In this document: positions 28,729-37,840 of the stretch, piece after piece | Position numbering within the stretch: the stretch's first letter is position 1 | Layout: each line of letters opens with the position of its first letter | Source: an uncultured Clostridia bacterium | GTDB taxonomy: Bacteria; Bacillota; Clostridia; Oscillospirales; CAG-382 | Assembly: GCA_947628695.1 (NCBI GenBank) | Contig: CANRAV010000005.1 | Span: 9,354-73,353, forward strand | DNA: 64,000 nucleotides | Direction: 5' to 3' | Made by a program: the position numbers and the translations under genes | Notes under the pieces: model-generated | Told to the model about the DNA's origin: nothing | Seen by the model: the letters and a program-made list of their open reading frames with translations, nothing else | Database searches by the model: none

Positions 28729-30468
28729 TTAAAAAGCGATATATCCGCCCTCCGCAAGCGCACCGGAGGCGGGGTAAACGCCGCAAAGCGTCACCCTGTC
28801 GCCGACGGAAAGCCCTTCAAGCAGCCGCAGCTCGTCCCCGCGCTCTATGTGCACGGCTAAAAGCAAGTTTCCGTCCCCGACCGACACGTTTTTCTCCTCG
28901 CCGCAGGCGTACTTTTCGGCAACGGTGTAGCCGTCGCCGTCGGGCTTAAGCAGCACCGCGCCCCAGTATATCGCGGTGAAGCTGCCGCTTGTTTTTATCA
29001 TCGCGCCTATTTTGTATTGGCTTTCGTCAACGCCCGTAAGCGTTATGCCGGACCCGTCCGTATTTTCGTAAATCACGGGCTCTATTTTAAAGACGGAATC
29101 CTCCCCCGCGTCCTTGGCATCCGAAAGCGCAAAGGTGCCGTCTGCGGCCGCAAGGACCTTGTCCTTAACGCCCGAGGGGCGTATAATGAAGCCCTCTCCC
29201 TCTTCGTAAAGGTAGAAGCTGTCGCTGCCGGCGACGGAAAGCTTCTCCCCCGTCTCGGCAGCCGTAAGCGCATACGCGCTTCCGCCAAGCGCCTCGATGT
29301 GCCAAAGCCCGTCTGCCGACGCGTTTTGAAGCCTTACGACGGCGCTGCCCTTGTAGTCTGCCGGGCTTTTGCCGCCCATGGACTCCAGGTCGGACTCCTT
29401 CTGGAACACGTACACAAGGCCAAGGCCGTCCGTGTCCTTTTTATACCAGCGCTCCGTAAAATACCCGACGTCGTATTCCGTGACGTGCAGGTTGTTCTCC
29501 GATATGTTGGGGTCGTTGACAAGAAGCTTGTTCCTCTCCTCGTCATAGCCGGTGAGAAGCACAATGTGCCCGGCACTTGTAAGCCGTGTGGAGCAGCCCA
29601 AAACCACCCCGCGTGAAAGTGCGTACTTGACCATGTCAAGCGTGTAGAAATCTATGTACGCGGTAAAGCCGTTCTCGCCCGCATACGCCGCCGCGAACGA
29701 CCAGTTGCCGTAGGCACCCCAGGCGTTGTCGTATATCGCCGCCGCAGCCGTAAGAGACGGAACCTTGACGCCCATGTATTCAAGCGCCATTGCGGTGCTT
29801 GTAGGGCTGCAGATTATGCTGCCTATGCTGCCGTTTTCCGCCGCAAGCTGCGAGCGCATAGGAACCTCGTTCAGGTAGTAAGACGGGAAGGTGCCGACCG
29901 TGCACTGCTCCGCCATCTGCGGCGTGGTGAAGGAGACGTTTGTCACAACCGGTGCGCCCTCTTCCCCGGCGGTAAGAGACACGCGGAAGCGAACCTTGCC
30001 CGTGGTCTCGAAGCCCTCGTTCACCGTAAGCGTATCGACGGAAATGCCGCCGTATTTGTCGCTTTTATCGCGGGAGCCGGAAACGCCCTCTTTGCTTGAC
30101 CAAACGCCCCAGCTGTAATAGTCCGACCAGGCGCCGTCAGTAAGCTCAAAGCACAGCTCCACGGAGATGCTACCGCCGTGCGTCTGCGCATTCCATGAGG
30201 CGACCGCATAGTCGAAGGGGCCTATATCCGCCTCCTCGGAGGTGAAAACGCCGCTTCCCGCGCCGTCTGCAAGGGTAAGCGCGCCGTCCGTTATGACGGT
30301 GCCCTCACAGCTGCCCTCGGTGTCCTTCAAATAAAAGGTCTTGGAGTGGAAGTTAAGCGTAACCGCCGCGGCGCGCGCGTCAAACGGTGCCATATCGGTA
30401 AGCAGCAGCGCTGCGGCAAGACAAAGGCACAAAACGACGGCGACAGACTTTAAAACGGTTTTCGGCAT
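28729..30468 (-). CDS. Secreted C39-like cysteine peptidase family protein
   Basis: Signal peptide; RSQ...CSPTSTAMAL, GHIVLLTGYD, VNDP catalytic pattern. Confidence 0.8.
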   Translation of the reverse strand: MPKTVLKSVAVVLCLCLAAALLLTDMAPFDARAAAVTLNFHSKTFYLKDTEGSCEGTVITDGALTLADGAGSGVFTSEEADIGPFDYAVASWNAQTHGGSISVELCFELTDGAWSDYYSWGVWSSKEGVSGSRDKSDKYGGISVDTLTVNEGFETTGKVRFRVSLTAGEEGAPVVTNVSFTTPQMAEQCTVGTFPSYYLNEVPMRSQLAAENGSIGSIICSPTSTAMALEYMGVKVPSLTAAAAIYDNAWGAYGNWSFAAAYAGENGFTAYIDFYTLDMVKYALSRGVVLGCSTRLTSAGHIVLLTGYDEERNKLLVNDPNISENNLHVTEYDVGYFTERWYKKDTDGLGLVYVFQKESDLESMGGKSPADYKGSAVVRLQNASADGLWHIEALGGSAYALTAAETGEKLSVAGSDSFYLYEEGEGFIIRPSGVKDKVLAAADGTFALSDAKDAGEDSVFKIEPVIYENTDGSGITLTGVDESQYKIGAMIKTSGSFTAIYWGAVLLKPDGDGYTVAEKYACGEEKNVSVGDGNLLLAVHIERGDELRLLEGLSVGDRVTLCGVYPASGALAEGGYIAF

Positions 30469-30491
30469 AAAAACACCACCTTTGTGAAGAC

Positions 30492-30797
30492 TTATATCTC
30501 ATAATCTACGCAGGCGCGGCTTTCCCTGAGGGGCTTCATAAACTCGCCCACGGCCTTGTGACGCGGGTGAACTATGTAAGCGTTCAAATCCTCGAAGCTG
30601 TCAAAGTCCGATATAAGCAGCAGGTCAAAGTTGCTGCCGTCCGCAAGTGGAGACCCTGTGTACACCGACGACGCCTTAAGCGTGGGAACGACCCCCTGCA
30701 GCGCATTAAGCATATCTGCGGTAAGACGCACGTTCTCCGCCTTCGGCCTGCCCTCTGCCTCTTCCTTAAATTTGAACATAACAACGTGTCTTATCAT
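30492..30797 (-). CDS. Dabb (stress-responsive A/B barrel) family protein
   Basis: MIRHVVMFK...Y..HP.H...VDY. Confidence 0.9.
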   Translation of the reverse strand: MIRHVVMFKFKEEAEGRPKAENVRLTADMLNALQGVVPTLKASSVYTGSPLADGSNFDLLLISDFDSFEDLNAYIVHPRHKAVGEFMKPLRESRACVDYEI

Positions 30798-31047
30798 AAA
30801 ATGCTCCTTATTTTATTCATTCTCCATAATATTATAGCTTATTTTGGACGCGATATCAAGTCTCTTGTTTCGTCATTTCGCCCTATTTTTACTAAAATAA
30901 TTGTGTGGTTTGCACAAAAATATTTTTAAGCGAGGCGAAATCCGCAAAAAGGTTGACAAAACGAGGCTTTTGTGCTAACTTATACATAATAAGGAAAGCT
31001 GTGTTCGTCACGGCTTTACCTGCTTTTATATCTTTCAGGAGGTTTTT

Positions 31048-33498
31048 ATGAAGAGAGCACTATTCACTTTTTTGGCGTTGGTTCTTTGCCTTGCTTTTGT
31101 GATCCCCGCAAATTCGGGCAGCCTTGAAACTTATGCTGTTTCCTCCAAAATTGCAATGATCACGACAAACCCGGCAGAGGACTGCAGCACTGCGATGAAT
31201 GTCGGCTTCCACACTCCGCTTGACTGCACCGGCTGCTCGGTTCAGTACACCACTGCGGACGACGCCGATTGGCAGAACGCCAAGACCGTTGCCGGCACCT
31301 ACAAGGCATACGGCGCCGACGCAAGCGTAAACCCCTTTTACGGCAAGTCCTCCAAGGACGACAACGGCACCAACTACACGCAGGAGCACACGTTTAACGA
31401 CTATAACGTTACTCTTAGCGGCCTCACCCCGGATACCGAGTATAAGTATCGCATATTCGACGGTGCGGAATACAGCGACACCTACCGTTTCAAGACCGCC
31501 GCAAACGACGGGAGCGAGTGGTCCTTCCTCGTTACCGGTGACTTCCACGAGTATTACAAGACCTACGGCGCACAGCGCGCAGCACAGGCGACAAAGGCTA
31601 TCAATGCCGGCATCGACCTTGCAGGTCAGCTCGGCTGGCCGGAGATAGAGCACATAGTTTCCGTTGGCGACATCGTTGCCTGGGGCGTTGCCTACAATCA
31701 GTGGCAGAACGTGCTTAACCAGCCTTACATGAAGAACTATTCCTTTGCAAACTGCATAGGCAACCACGACGATATGGACAGGTCCTCCAACTCCTCCAGC
31801 GCCTACAATTCCATCATATTCAACAACCCGACGAACGGCTGGAATTACGGCGACGAGATTGGCACCGTTTATTACTACACCTACAACAACGTCCTGTTCA
31901 TCGTTGTAAACTACCTTAAGGCTTCCAACAACGCGCAGGAGGCTTGGGCGCAGTCCGTTATAGACAAGATGGCGGGTCAGTATCAGTACTCCGTTCTTGT
32001 AAACCACCGTCCCGCTACCTCTAAGTACAGCGGCAAGTCTTACAGCTATTTCTGGAACTACTGGGCAGATTTCTGCGACAAGAACAAGATTGACCTTGTT
32101 CTCGCGGGCGACCATCACTGCTACATGAGGAGCCAGCCTCTCCGTGACGGCGCAATGGTTTCCGACTACGGCGCAGACAACCCGGATGCCACCGTTTACC
32201 TCGCGGGCGACTCTTCCGACGGTGAGCGCGGCTCCAGCACCGACGTTAAGGCCTTTGACACAACCTGGGTTGCTTCCAACTACTACAGGTACAACTATAG
32301 CGGCTCTACCAAGGACATCACCACCATGATAATCCGCGTAGGCAAGGACAGGCTTACTACAGAGTTCGTTTACTACGAAGACATAGCAAGCGCAAAGCAG
32401 CCGGAGTGGAAGGAAGGCAGCGTAAACAACCACGCAAACTTCTATTACGGCGACACCTCTTATGTTTACGCCTCTAATCACGAGACTTCCGGCGAGCCTC
32501 CGGTAGAGGAGGATCCTAACCTTCCGAAGGCCGCAAAGAACTACTTTGCACAGGCCGAAGGCGGCAAGTACATGTATCCGACCACCAACTACCCCGGCAC
32601 CGCAAGCTATTATCAGTACGGCTACTATGGCGACAATGCGACCCAGGGCGGAGAGTGGATTGCAAACAAGCTTAACGACGGCGTCATTCCGGACGGCACC
32701 GCTCCCGGCAGCAAGAACGCCGCATGGGCTGTATACTTCGGCTCTGCAGCAGGCGACCCGGAGGTTACCATCCAGCTTGGCGAAACCGCTTACCTCAACA
32801 AGATTTCCGTTGTATCCATCCTCACCGGCAGCTACGGCGCGGGCGAGATAACGGAGGTTGGCCTCGGCATGGAAGAGGGAAACTACACCGTTACCAAGGC
32901 TTACGAGGGAACGGACGAGGCAAATGGCACCATCCACACCTACACCGTTAAGTTTACCGAGGCTTTGAAGGCCAAGTACATACATCTTAAGTTTAAGGAC
33001 TATGTCGGCACTCCTTCCCGTCTTGCTATCGGCGAGATAGAGGTTTGGGGCGACAACACCGTTGGCGACGTAGGCGCCTTCAAGCTTAAGGCTGACTCGA
33101 AGTATCAGCAGGACGAAAAGTACGTTACCGCTGCAGGCCCCAACACCAAGGCAAGCGATGTTGTTGCACAGTTCGGCTGTGACGTTGCCGTTTACAGTGC
33201 AGAGGGCGAGAAGCTTGCGGACGACGCACTTGTCGGCACCGGCTGCATCGTTAAGAAGCTTAACATCGCGGGCGAGCCCATAGACGAGCAGGCTACGGTG
33301 ATCATCCCTGGCGACCTCAACGGCGATGCCGAGGTTACCGCGCCCGACTATATGGCTGCAAGGCTGGCAATTACCGACGGCACCGGTACCGAGCTTGCAC
33401 TGAAGGCTGCGGACGTCAACCTCGACGGCGTTGTAAGCTCTGCCGACTACATAATCATTAAGTGCCACGTTAAGGGCACGCTTACGATAGGCGGCTGA
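31048..33498 (+). CDS. Secreted purple acid phosphatase-like metallophosphoesterase with a discoidin-like module and C-terminal dockerin
   Basis: FN3-like LSGLTPDTEYKYR; GDFH, GDIV, GNHD, NHRP, GDHH motifs; PGDLNGD/ADVNLDG repeats. Confidence 0.85.
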   Translation: MKRALFTFLALVLCLAFVIPANSGSLETYAVSSKIAMITTNPAEDCSTAMNVGFHTPLDCTGCSVQYTTADDADWQNAKTVAGTYKAYGADASVNPFYGKSSKDDNGTNYTQEHTFNDYNVTLSGLTPDTEYKYRIFDGAEYSDTYRFKTAANDGSEWSFLVTGDFHEYYKTYGAQRAAQATKAINAGIDLAGQLGWPEIEHIVSVGDIVAWGVAYNQWQNVLNQPYMKNYSFANCIGNHDDMDRSSNSSSAYNSIIFNNPTNGWNYGDEIGTVYYYTYNNVLFIVVNYLKASNNAQEAWAQSVIDKMAGQYQYSVLVNHRPATSKYSGKSYSYFWNYWADFCDKNKIDLVLAGDHHCYMRSQPLRDGAMVSDYGADNPDATVYLAGDSSDGERGSSTDVKAFDTTWVASNYYRYNYSGSTKDITTMIIRVGKDRLTTEFVYYEDIASAKQPEWKEGSVNNHANFYYGDTSYVYASNHETSGEPPVEEDPNLPKAAKNYFAQAEGGKYMYPTTNYPGTASYYQYGYYGDNATQGGEWIANKLNDGVIPDGTAPGSKNAAWAVYFGSAAGDPEVTIQLGETAYLNKISVVSILTGSYGAGEITEVGLGMEEGNYTVTKAYEGTDEANGTIHTYTVKFTEALKAKYIHLKFKDYVGTPSRLAIGEIEVWGDNTVGDVGAFKLKADSKYQQDEKYVTAAGPNTKASDVVAQFGCDVAVYSAEGEKLADDALVGTGCIVKKLNIAGEPIDEQATVIIPGDLNGDAEVTAPDYMAARLAITDGTGTELALKAADVNLDGVVSSADYIIIKCHVKGTLTIGG

Positions 33499-33537
33499 AA
33501 CGCGCAGCTTCGCAAAGCAGAAAGCATATAATGTTAT

Positions 33538-33578
33538 CCCCCTGCGGCAGGTCTCCCTCCGCAGGGGGTTGCTTTTTT
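33538..33578 (+). terminator. Rho-independent terminator
   Basis: ccccctgcgg/ccgcaggggg stem followed by T6. Confidence 0.7.
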
Positions 33579-33807
33579 GTCAAATCGGAGCCACAAGATG
33601 CCGCACGGGGCATCGCGTCTTGCGCTGCGTTTGCGGATTGCCATCCTTGTTATTTTTGCGCAAAGAAATTGAGTGTTACCCCCCCCGATTTGTTTATAAT
33701 GCACAAATGGCGGCTGTTATTTTTTGCATAATTGCATATTGAATTTTATTGCCTTGACGGCTTATAATGGAAGCAGAAAGGATGGATTGCAACTAAGGGG
33801 GAGTAGC

Positions 33808-34881
33808 ATGAAAGACTTTAAAAAAGCGCTTGCGCTGATTTTAGCGTTCGCGGCAGTTTTTACGGCGGGCTGCGCCAAGGCAGACCCTGCGGATGACGAA
33901 AGCGCAGAGCAGAGCACAGCCGTAAGCGGCGCAGCCGAAGAAAGCACGCAAACCGGCGGCGTAGCGCCGCAGGGCTTGCCTTTTGCCGACGTCGGCTTTG
34001 ACGACGGCGTAAGCAGCGGCGTTCACAAGCTTGGCAGCGCGGTGTGCGGCGACGTTTGGAACCTGCGGCCGGATGCCATGTACTCAAAAGAGGCGTTCTG
34101 TGTGCCGGAAGGGGCGCAGTACGGCATACTTTTGGACGAGTACCTGTCGGCAAGCTCGCAGACCGCAAAGGTGCTTGACACGTATGAGGAAGGCAAGTCG
34201 CGCTTCGGTACGGCAGCCGTAACGCCAAGGGAGGCACCCACGGAAAAATCGGATTTCGGCCTTCTGTATTCCGGGAGATTTTACAAGGAAGAGCAGAAGG
34301 GGGGAAATGCGGACTATGCAGCGGCGAAGGCCGCCGGGCAGCCCTTCTTTTTCCTGCTGGGAACCGTGCCCCTTGACGACGGCGTTTTGGAAAAGCTTGC
34401 CTCCGAAAAGGGCACAGACAAAGCAGGAGCTTCCGCCATTTACAGGCAGACTCTTATAGACCTCCTCGCGGCGCACGACCTTTACGCGGACGCATTCTTT
34501 GACATTTACAGCTACGACACGGCAAGGGCCGAGGAGTTTGAGCTGCAGATCGTGAAATACTACAGCTTTGTGCATTCGCCCCTTGATCTCTCGTATGACG
34601 ACAGCGTTTACGACGAATGCACGCATTTGTTCTTCACCGTATGCGCAAATGGCGAGGCGATAGAGGCGTTTGACGAATTTTTGAAGAGTGAGGAGAACAC
34701 GCTTGTCAAGGCGCGCGCCCTGCCGGCAGGCGGAAGAGGCGGCGCAGTGCCGAACAACGACCCCGGCAAGGAGGCGTACATTCCGCAGGGCGGCGCGCTT
34801 CCGGACGAGTACGTCGAGAGGGGCTATTGGACGATGGAGAGGCTTGTGTACACCCGCGACGAGTTTGACGTCACTGTTTGA
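33808..34881 (+). CDS. Hypothetical lipoprotein
   Basis: Lipobox FTAGC; SD upstream; terminator downstream. Confidence 0.75.
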   Translation: MKDFKKALALILAFAAVFTAGCAKADPADDESAEQSTAVSGAAEESTQTGGVAPQGLPFADVGFDDGVSSGVHKLGSAVCGDVWNLRPDAMYSKEAFCVPEGAQYGILLDEYLSASSQTAKVLDTYEEGKSRFGTAAVTPREAPTEKSDFGLLYSGRFYKEEQKGGNADYAAAKAAGQPFFFLLGTVPLDDGVLEKLASEKGTDKAGASAIYRQTLIDLLAAHDLYADAFFDIYSYDTARAEEFELQIVKYYSFVHSPLDLSYDDSVYDECTHLFFTVCANGEAIEAFDEFLKSEENTLVKARALPAGGRGGAVPNNDPGKEAYIPQGGALPDEYVERGYWTMERLVYTRDEFDVTV

Positions 34882-34899
34882 CTTAGAAGCACACAGAAT

Positions 34900-34940
34900 G
34901 CGGCGCAGTGCCGAAAATGGGCACTGCGCCGCGTCGTTTT
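34900..34940 (+). terminator. Rho-independent terminator
   Basis: gcggcgcagtgcc/ggcactgcgccgc stem plus T-run. Confidence 0.75.
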
Positions 34941-35230
34941 GTTTTCAGCAGGCTACTCGAACAGCTCAGCGCTTTTCTTTAACGTCTCTATAATCGGAAG
35001 CTTCTGCGGGCAGACGCTTTCGCACCGGCCGCAGGGTAATCCATAAAAATTTTCCTCCCTGCCGCAAAACTACAGTTTTCAACATTATACCGTATGTTCC
35101 TCCCTGCGTCAATGTGAAAAGTGCGGACGGGCTTCCGAATTAACATTGAATACAATAAACGTTTACATCACGTTATCATTTATATGGTAACTTATTTAAA
35201 GCTTTTGTACCCGTATTTTAGGAGGAAATC

Positions 35231-35812
35231 ATGGCAAAGAAATTTTTTGCGTTAATTTTGGCTTTGGCGGCCGTGCTTTCGCTTACCGCCTGCATGGGCA
35301 GCGCCACCGTAAAGACGGACGAGCAGTCGGCAGAGGCGGCGGAGCACATAGAGAATTATCTTGAAAAGGCAGGCACCTACTTTAACGTGCCGGACTCCGG
35401 CGTGGTGATCCCCAACGTCAAGGAGGGGGACGACGTGCTTAAGGTTTACATCGACATGGCTACGGCGAAGGAGCCGCTTCCGGCGACGCTTGTTGACAGC
35501 TATGTGAAGAGCTTTAAGGCCTACTTTGAAACAAGCGGCGAGACTTCCGAGGATGACGAGGCGCTTAAAAAAGAGGCCGAGGACCTTATAAAGTCTGAGA
35601 TGGTCATCTACATGGCCGCTGACAACTTCGGCTGCAACACCATCACCGCCGACGAGGAGAAGGCCAAGGCAGAGCAGCTTGCGGCTGCGTACAAGACCGG
35701 CGTTGACGCCTTCTATACCGAGGGCGGCGACAACTACGTCGTAAAGTCCGCCATTCGCGAGGACCGCGTGCGTGAGAAGCTGCAGTCCCTGCTTGACAGC
35801 GCATCGAAGTAA
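35231..35812 (+). CDS. Hypothetical lipoprotein (weak resemblance to trigger-factor C-terminal/SurA-like helical domains)
   Basis: Lipobox LTAC; SD ggagga; predicted helical acidic domain. Confidence 0.7.
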   Translation: MAKKFFALILALAAVLSLTACMGSATVKTDEQSAEAAEHIENYLEKAGTYFNVPDSGVVIPNVKEGDDVLKVYIDMATAKEPLPATLVDSYVKSFKAYFETSGETSEDDEALKKEAEDLIKSEMVIYMAADNFGCNTITADEEKAKAEQLAAAYKTGVDAFYTEGGDNYVVKSAIREDRVREKLQSLLDSASK

Positions 35813-35866
35813 GCGCTTTATTTTGATTGAATTTTGGACGGGCTTTTCGCCCGTCCTTGTTTTTTT

Positions 35867-36006
35867 CGGAAGGACTCGGTCCTTCCGGGTTGAGTTTACA
35901 GAAGGACATAGCTTTTTTGACCCAAAGGGCACAGCCCTTTGGAAACCCGAGCTGGCAACGCAGGCTGCGTCGCAGCGATGTAAAAGCTTGTCACACGTAT
36001 GAAGCG
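35867..36006 (+). repeat. Partial repeat module B
   Basis: cggaaggactcggtccttccg and ccaaagggcacagccctttgg hairpins, ending in cacacgtatgaagc. Confidence 0.85.
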
Positions 36007-36112
36007 CTTCTGCGGATATTTTTTGGGCTGCAGCACAAGCTCCGTGCTGCAGCCCATTTTTTCCGAATCTTTGTTTTTGCCGCACCGTCTTCCTGCTTGC
36101 AAAATAACACCT

Positions 36113-36397
36113 TTACTTTGCGACCGGGACAAACTCCAGCTTCAGACGCATTCCCAGTCCTTCCGCAAGCCTTTGCAGCGTCTTTAAAGACGGGTTGGCG
36201 CTTCCGTTTTCAAGCTTGCTGATGTCGCCCTGCGCTATGCCGCTTCTTTCAGAAAGCTCCTTTTGCGTCATGCCTGCGCGCTTTCTTGCGTCGAGTATAG
36301 CCTGAACAATGGCAAACTCCGGCTCCAGGGCGTCCCACTCCTTTTTAAACTCTTCGTCCCGAAGCTGCTCTTCCAAAAACCGTTTAAAGTTTGTCAT
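36113..36397 (-). CDS. XRE-family HTH regulator (HigA-like antitoxin type)
   Basis: ARKRAGMTQKELSERSGIAQGDISKLENGSANPSLKTL. Confidence 0.9.
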   Translation of the reverse strand: MTNFKRFLEEQLRDEEFKKEWDALEPEFAIVQAILDARKRAGMTQKELSERSGIAQGDISKLENGSANPSLKTLQRLAEGLGMRLKLEFVPVAK

Positions 36398-36515
36398 TTT
36401 AACTCGCCTCCCTGCTTATTATAGGGCATAAATCCCACATTTTCAAGACCTTTCCTCAAATATTTTTGCATTTTGTGCCATCCCGTCCAAAGATGAAAAT
36501 TCTGCCGTTTTTGTG

Positions 36516-36544
36516 TTGACAAACACGAACAAATGTTCTATAAT
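36516..36544 (+). promoter_or_regulatory. SigA promoter with a LexA (SOS) box in the spacer
   Basis: TTGACA 36516-21, 17 bp, TATAAT 36539-44; GAAC-aaat-GTTC at 36527-38. Confidence 0.85.
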
Positions 36545-36626
36545 GTGAAACACATAAAGAATAGAAAAGCACCTTTCAGTGCAGGTGCCGCAGGCCGCTT
36601 CGGAAGGAAGCGCGCGGCGCAGAACA

Positions 36627-36638
36627 GAACATATGTTT
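36627..36638 (+). promoter_or_regulatory. Second near-consensus LexA box
   Basis: GAAC-atat-GTTT in the 5' leader. Confidence 0.6.
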
Positions 36639-36680
36639 TAGTCGGCCGCTTAAAAAGCGGCGGGTACGGAAAGGATTTAC

Positions 36681-37130
36681 ATGGATTTACGCGATTTATC
36701 AACACAGCTTTTGAAGAACAAACGGCACATGGAGGCGGCGCTTGAGAACATAAAGGACGAGCTTACGCTGCTGGAGGAGTCGAAGGTTTCGGTAAAGGTA
36801 AGCGCACCGGGCGGTGCGCCGATAAGCGGCACCGGCGCCAACCGCTACGAGGACAGGCTTGTCAAGCTTATCAGCATCTGCGACGTTCTGCGCAGCCGCA
36901 GAAAGAACATAGAGACGAACCTCGCCTGCATAGAGAGGGGGCTTGAAACGCTTCACGACTACGAAAGGGATTTGCTGAACGCCTTCTACGTTTTCGGGGG
37001 CAAGTACGCGGCCGAGAGGATGATGAGCAAGCACCACAAGGAGCGCTCGACGGTCTACCGCGACAAGGACAGGGCGCTTAAGCACTTTACGCAGGCGCTG
37101 TACGGGCCGGAAGTGCCATTTGAACAGTAA
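36681..37130 (+). CDS. ArpU/RinA-like (sigma70 region 4-like) transcriptional regulator
   Basis: N-terminal coiled coil; C-terminal IERGLETL...LL..FY...ERSTVYR.KDRALKHF HTH pattern. Confidence 0.7.
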   Translation: MDLRDLSTQLLKNKRHMEAALENIKDELTLLEESKVSVKVSAPGGAPISGTGANRYEDRLVKLISICDVLRSRRKNIETNLACIERGLETLHDYERDLLNAFYVFGGKYAAERMMSKHHKERSTVYRDKDRALKHFTQALYGPEVPFEQ

Positions 37131-37140
37131 AACAAAAGCT

Positions 37141-37176
37141 GCGGCAAGCGGGTGTTTCCCCGCTTGCCGCGTTTTT
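37141..37176. terminator. Probable bidirectional terminator
   Basis: gcggcaagcggg/cccgcttgccgc between convergent genes, with A- and T-runs. Confidence 0.75.
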
Positions 37177-37183
37177 GCTGCTT

Positions 37184-37840
37184 TTAAATAAGCCCTTCGC
37201 CAAATTCTATAAGCCGCCGTTCAATCTCCGCTGCCTCCGGGTTGCCCTCTATAAGGGCGCCGGCAAGGCGCTTCTCCGCCGCCGCGGCGACAGCCGCCGC
37301 AAAGCGCCGGAAGCCCTCGTTTGCGGGGCGCAGCTTGCCGAAAAAAGCCTCCTCGCGAGTGAAGTCCTCGGCTTCCCCCGCGTACTCCGCCGCCAGCACA
37401 AGGTATGTGCGGCCTCCCTCGGTGGGGAAAAGCTCCTCCCCTATGCGATACCCGCTTGCCCAAAGGAAGGCGCGCAGCTTGTGGAACATGGTGTTTGGCT
37501 GCAAAATAAGCGGGCAGTGCGCCTTCTCGCCGCCCTCGGCGATGATGCGGGCAATAAGCTCGCCCCCCATGCCGCATATTGCGGCGGCGTCGTAGGCACC
37601 GGCAGGCACGTCCTTAAACCCGTCCGAAAGCGCAGCCCCAACGCGCCCGCCGAAGCCGGAAAGCCTGCGCACAGCGCGCTCAAGCGGGGCGCTGTTCACG
37701 TCGGAGACGAAGGCGGCTTCAATGCGCCCCTCCGACAGCAAATCAAAGGGCACAGACGCGTGGTCGCTTCCTATATCTAAAAGCCTTGCTCCGTGTGGAA
37801 CAAGGCTTTCGACAGCGCTAAGTCTTTCGCTTTTAACCAT
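37184..37840 (-). CDS. trmK: tRNA (adenine22-N1)-methyltransferase
   Basis: LDIGSDHA, ICGMGGELI, LILQPN. Confidence 0.88.
   Translation of the reverse strand: MVKSERLSAVESLVPHGARLLDIGSDHASVPFDLLSEGRIEAAFVSDVNSAPLERAVRRLSGFGGRVGAALSDGFKDVPAGAYDAAAICGMGGELIARIIAEGGEKAHCPLILQPNTMFHKLRAFLWASGYRIGEELFPTEGGRTYLVLAAEYAGEAEDFTREEAFFGKLRPANEGFRRFAAAVAAAAEKRLAGALIEGNPEAAEIERRLIEFGEGLI

Noticed and set aside
31060-33468. 802-aa minus-strand ORF, and similar long antisense ORFs at 3581-5287, 10330-11856, 24663-26021 and 39695-41410
   Set aside because: Shadow ORFs opposite well-supported genes with biased codon usage; no recognisable motifs.
36113-37130. Prophage remnant
   Set aside because: Only two regulators are present, with no integrase, structural genes or att-like repeats; kept as a regulatory finding instead.
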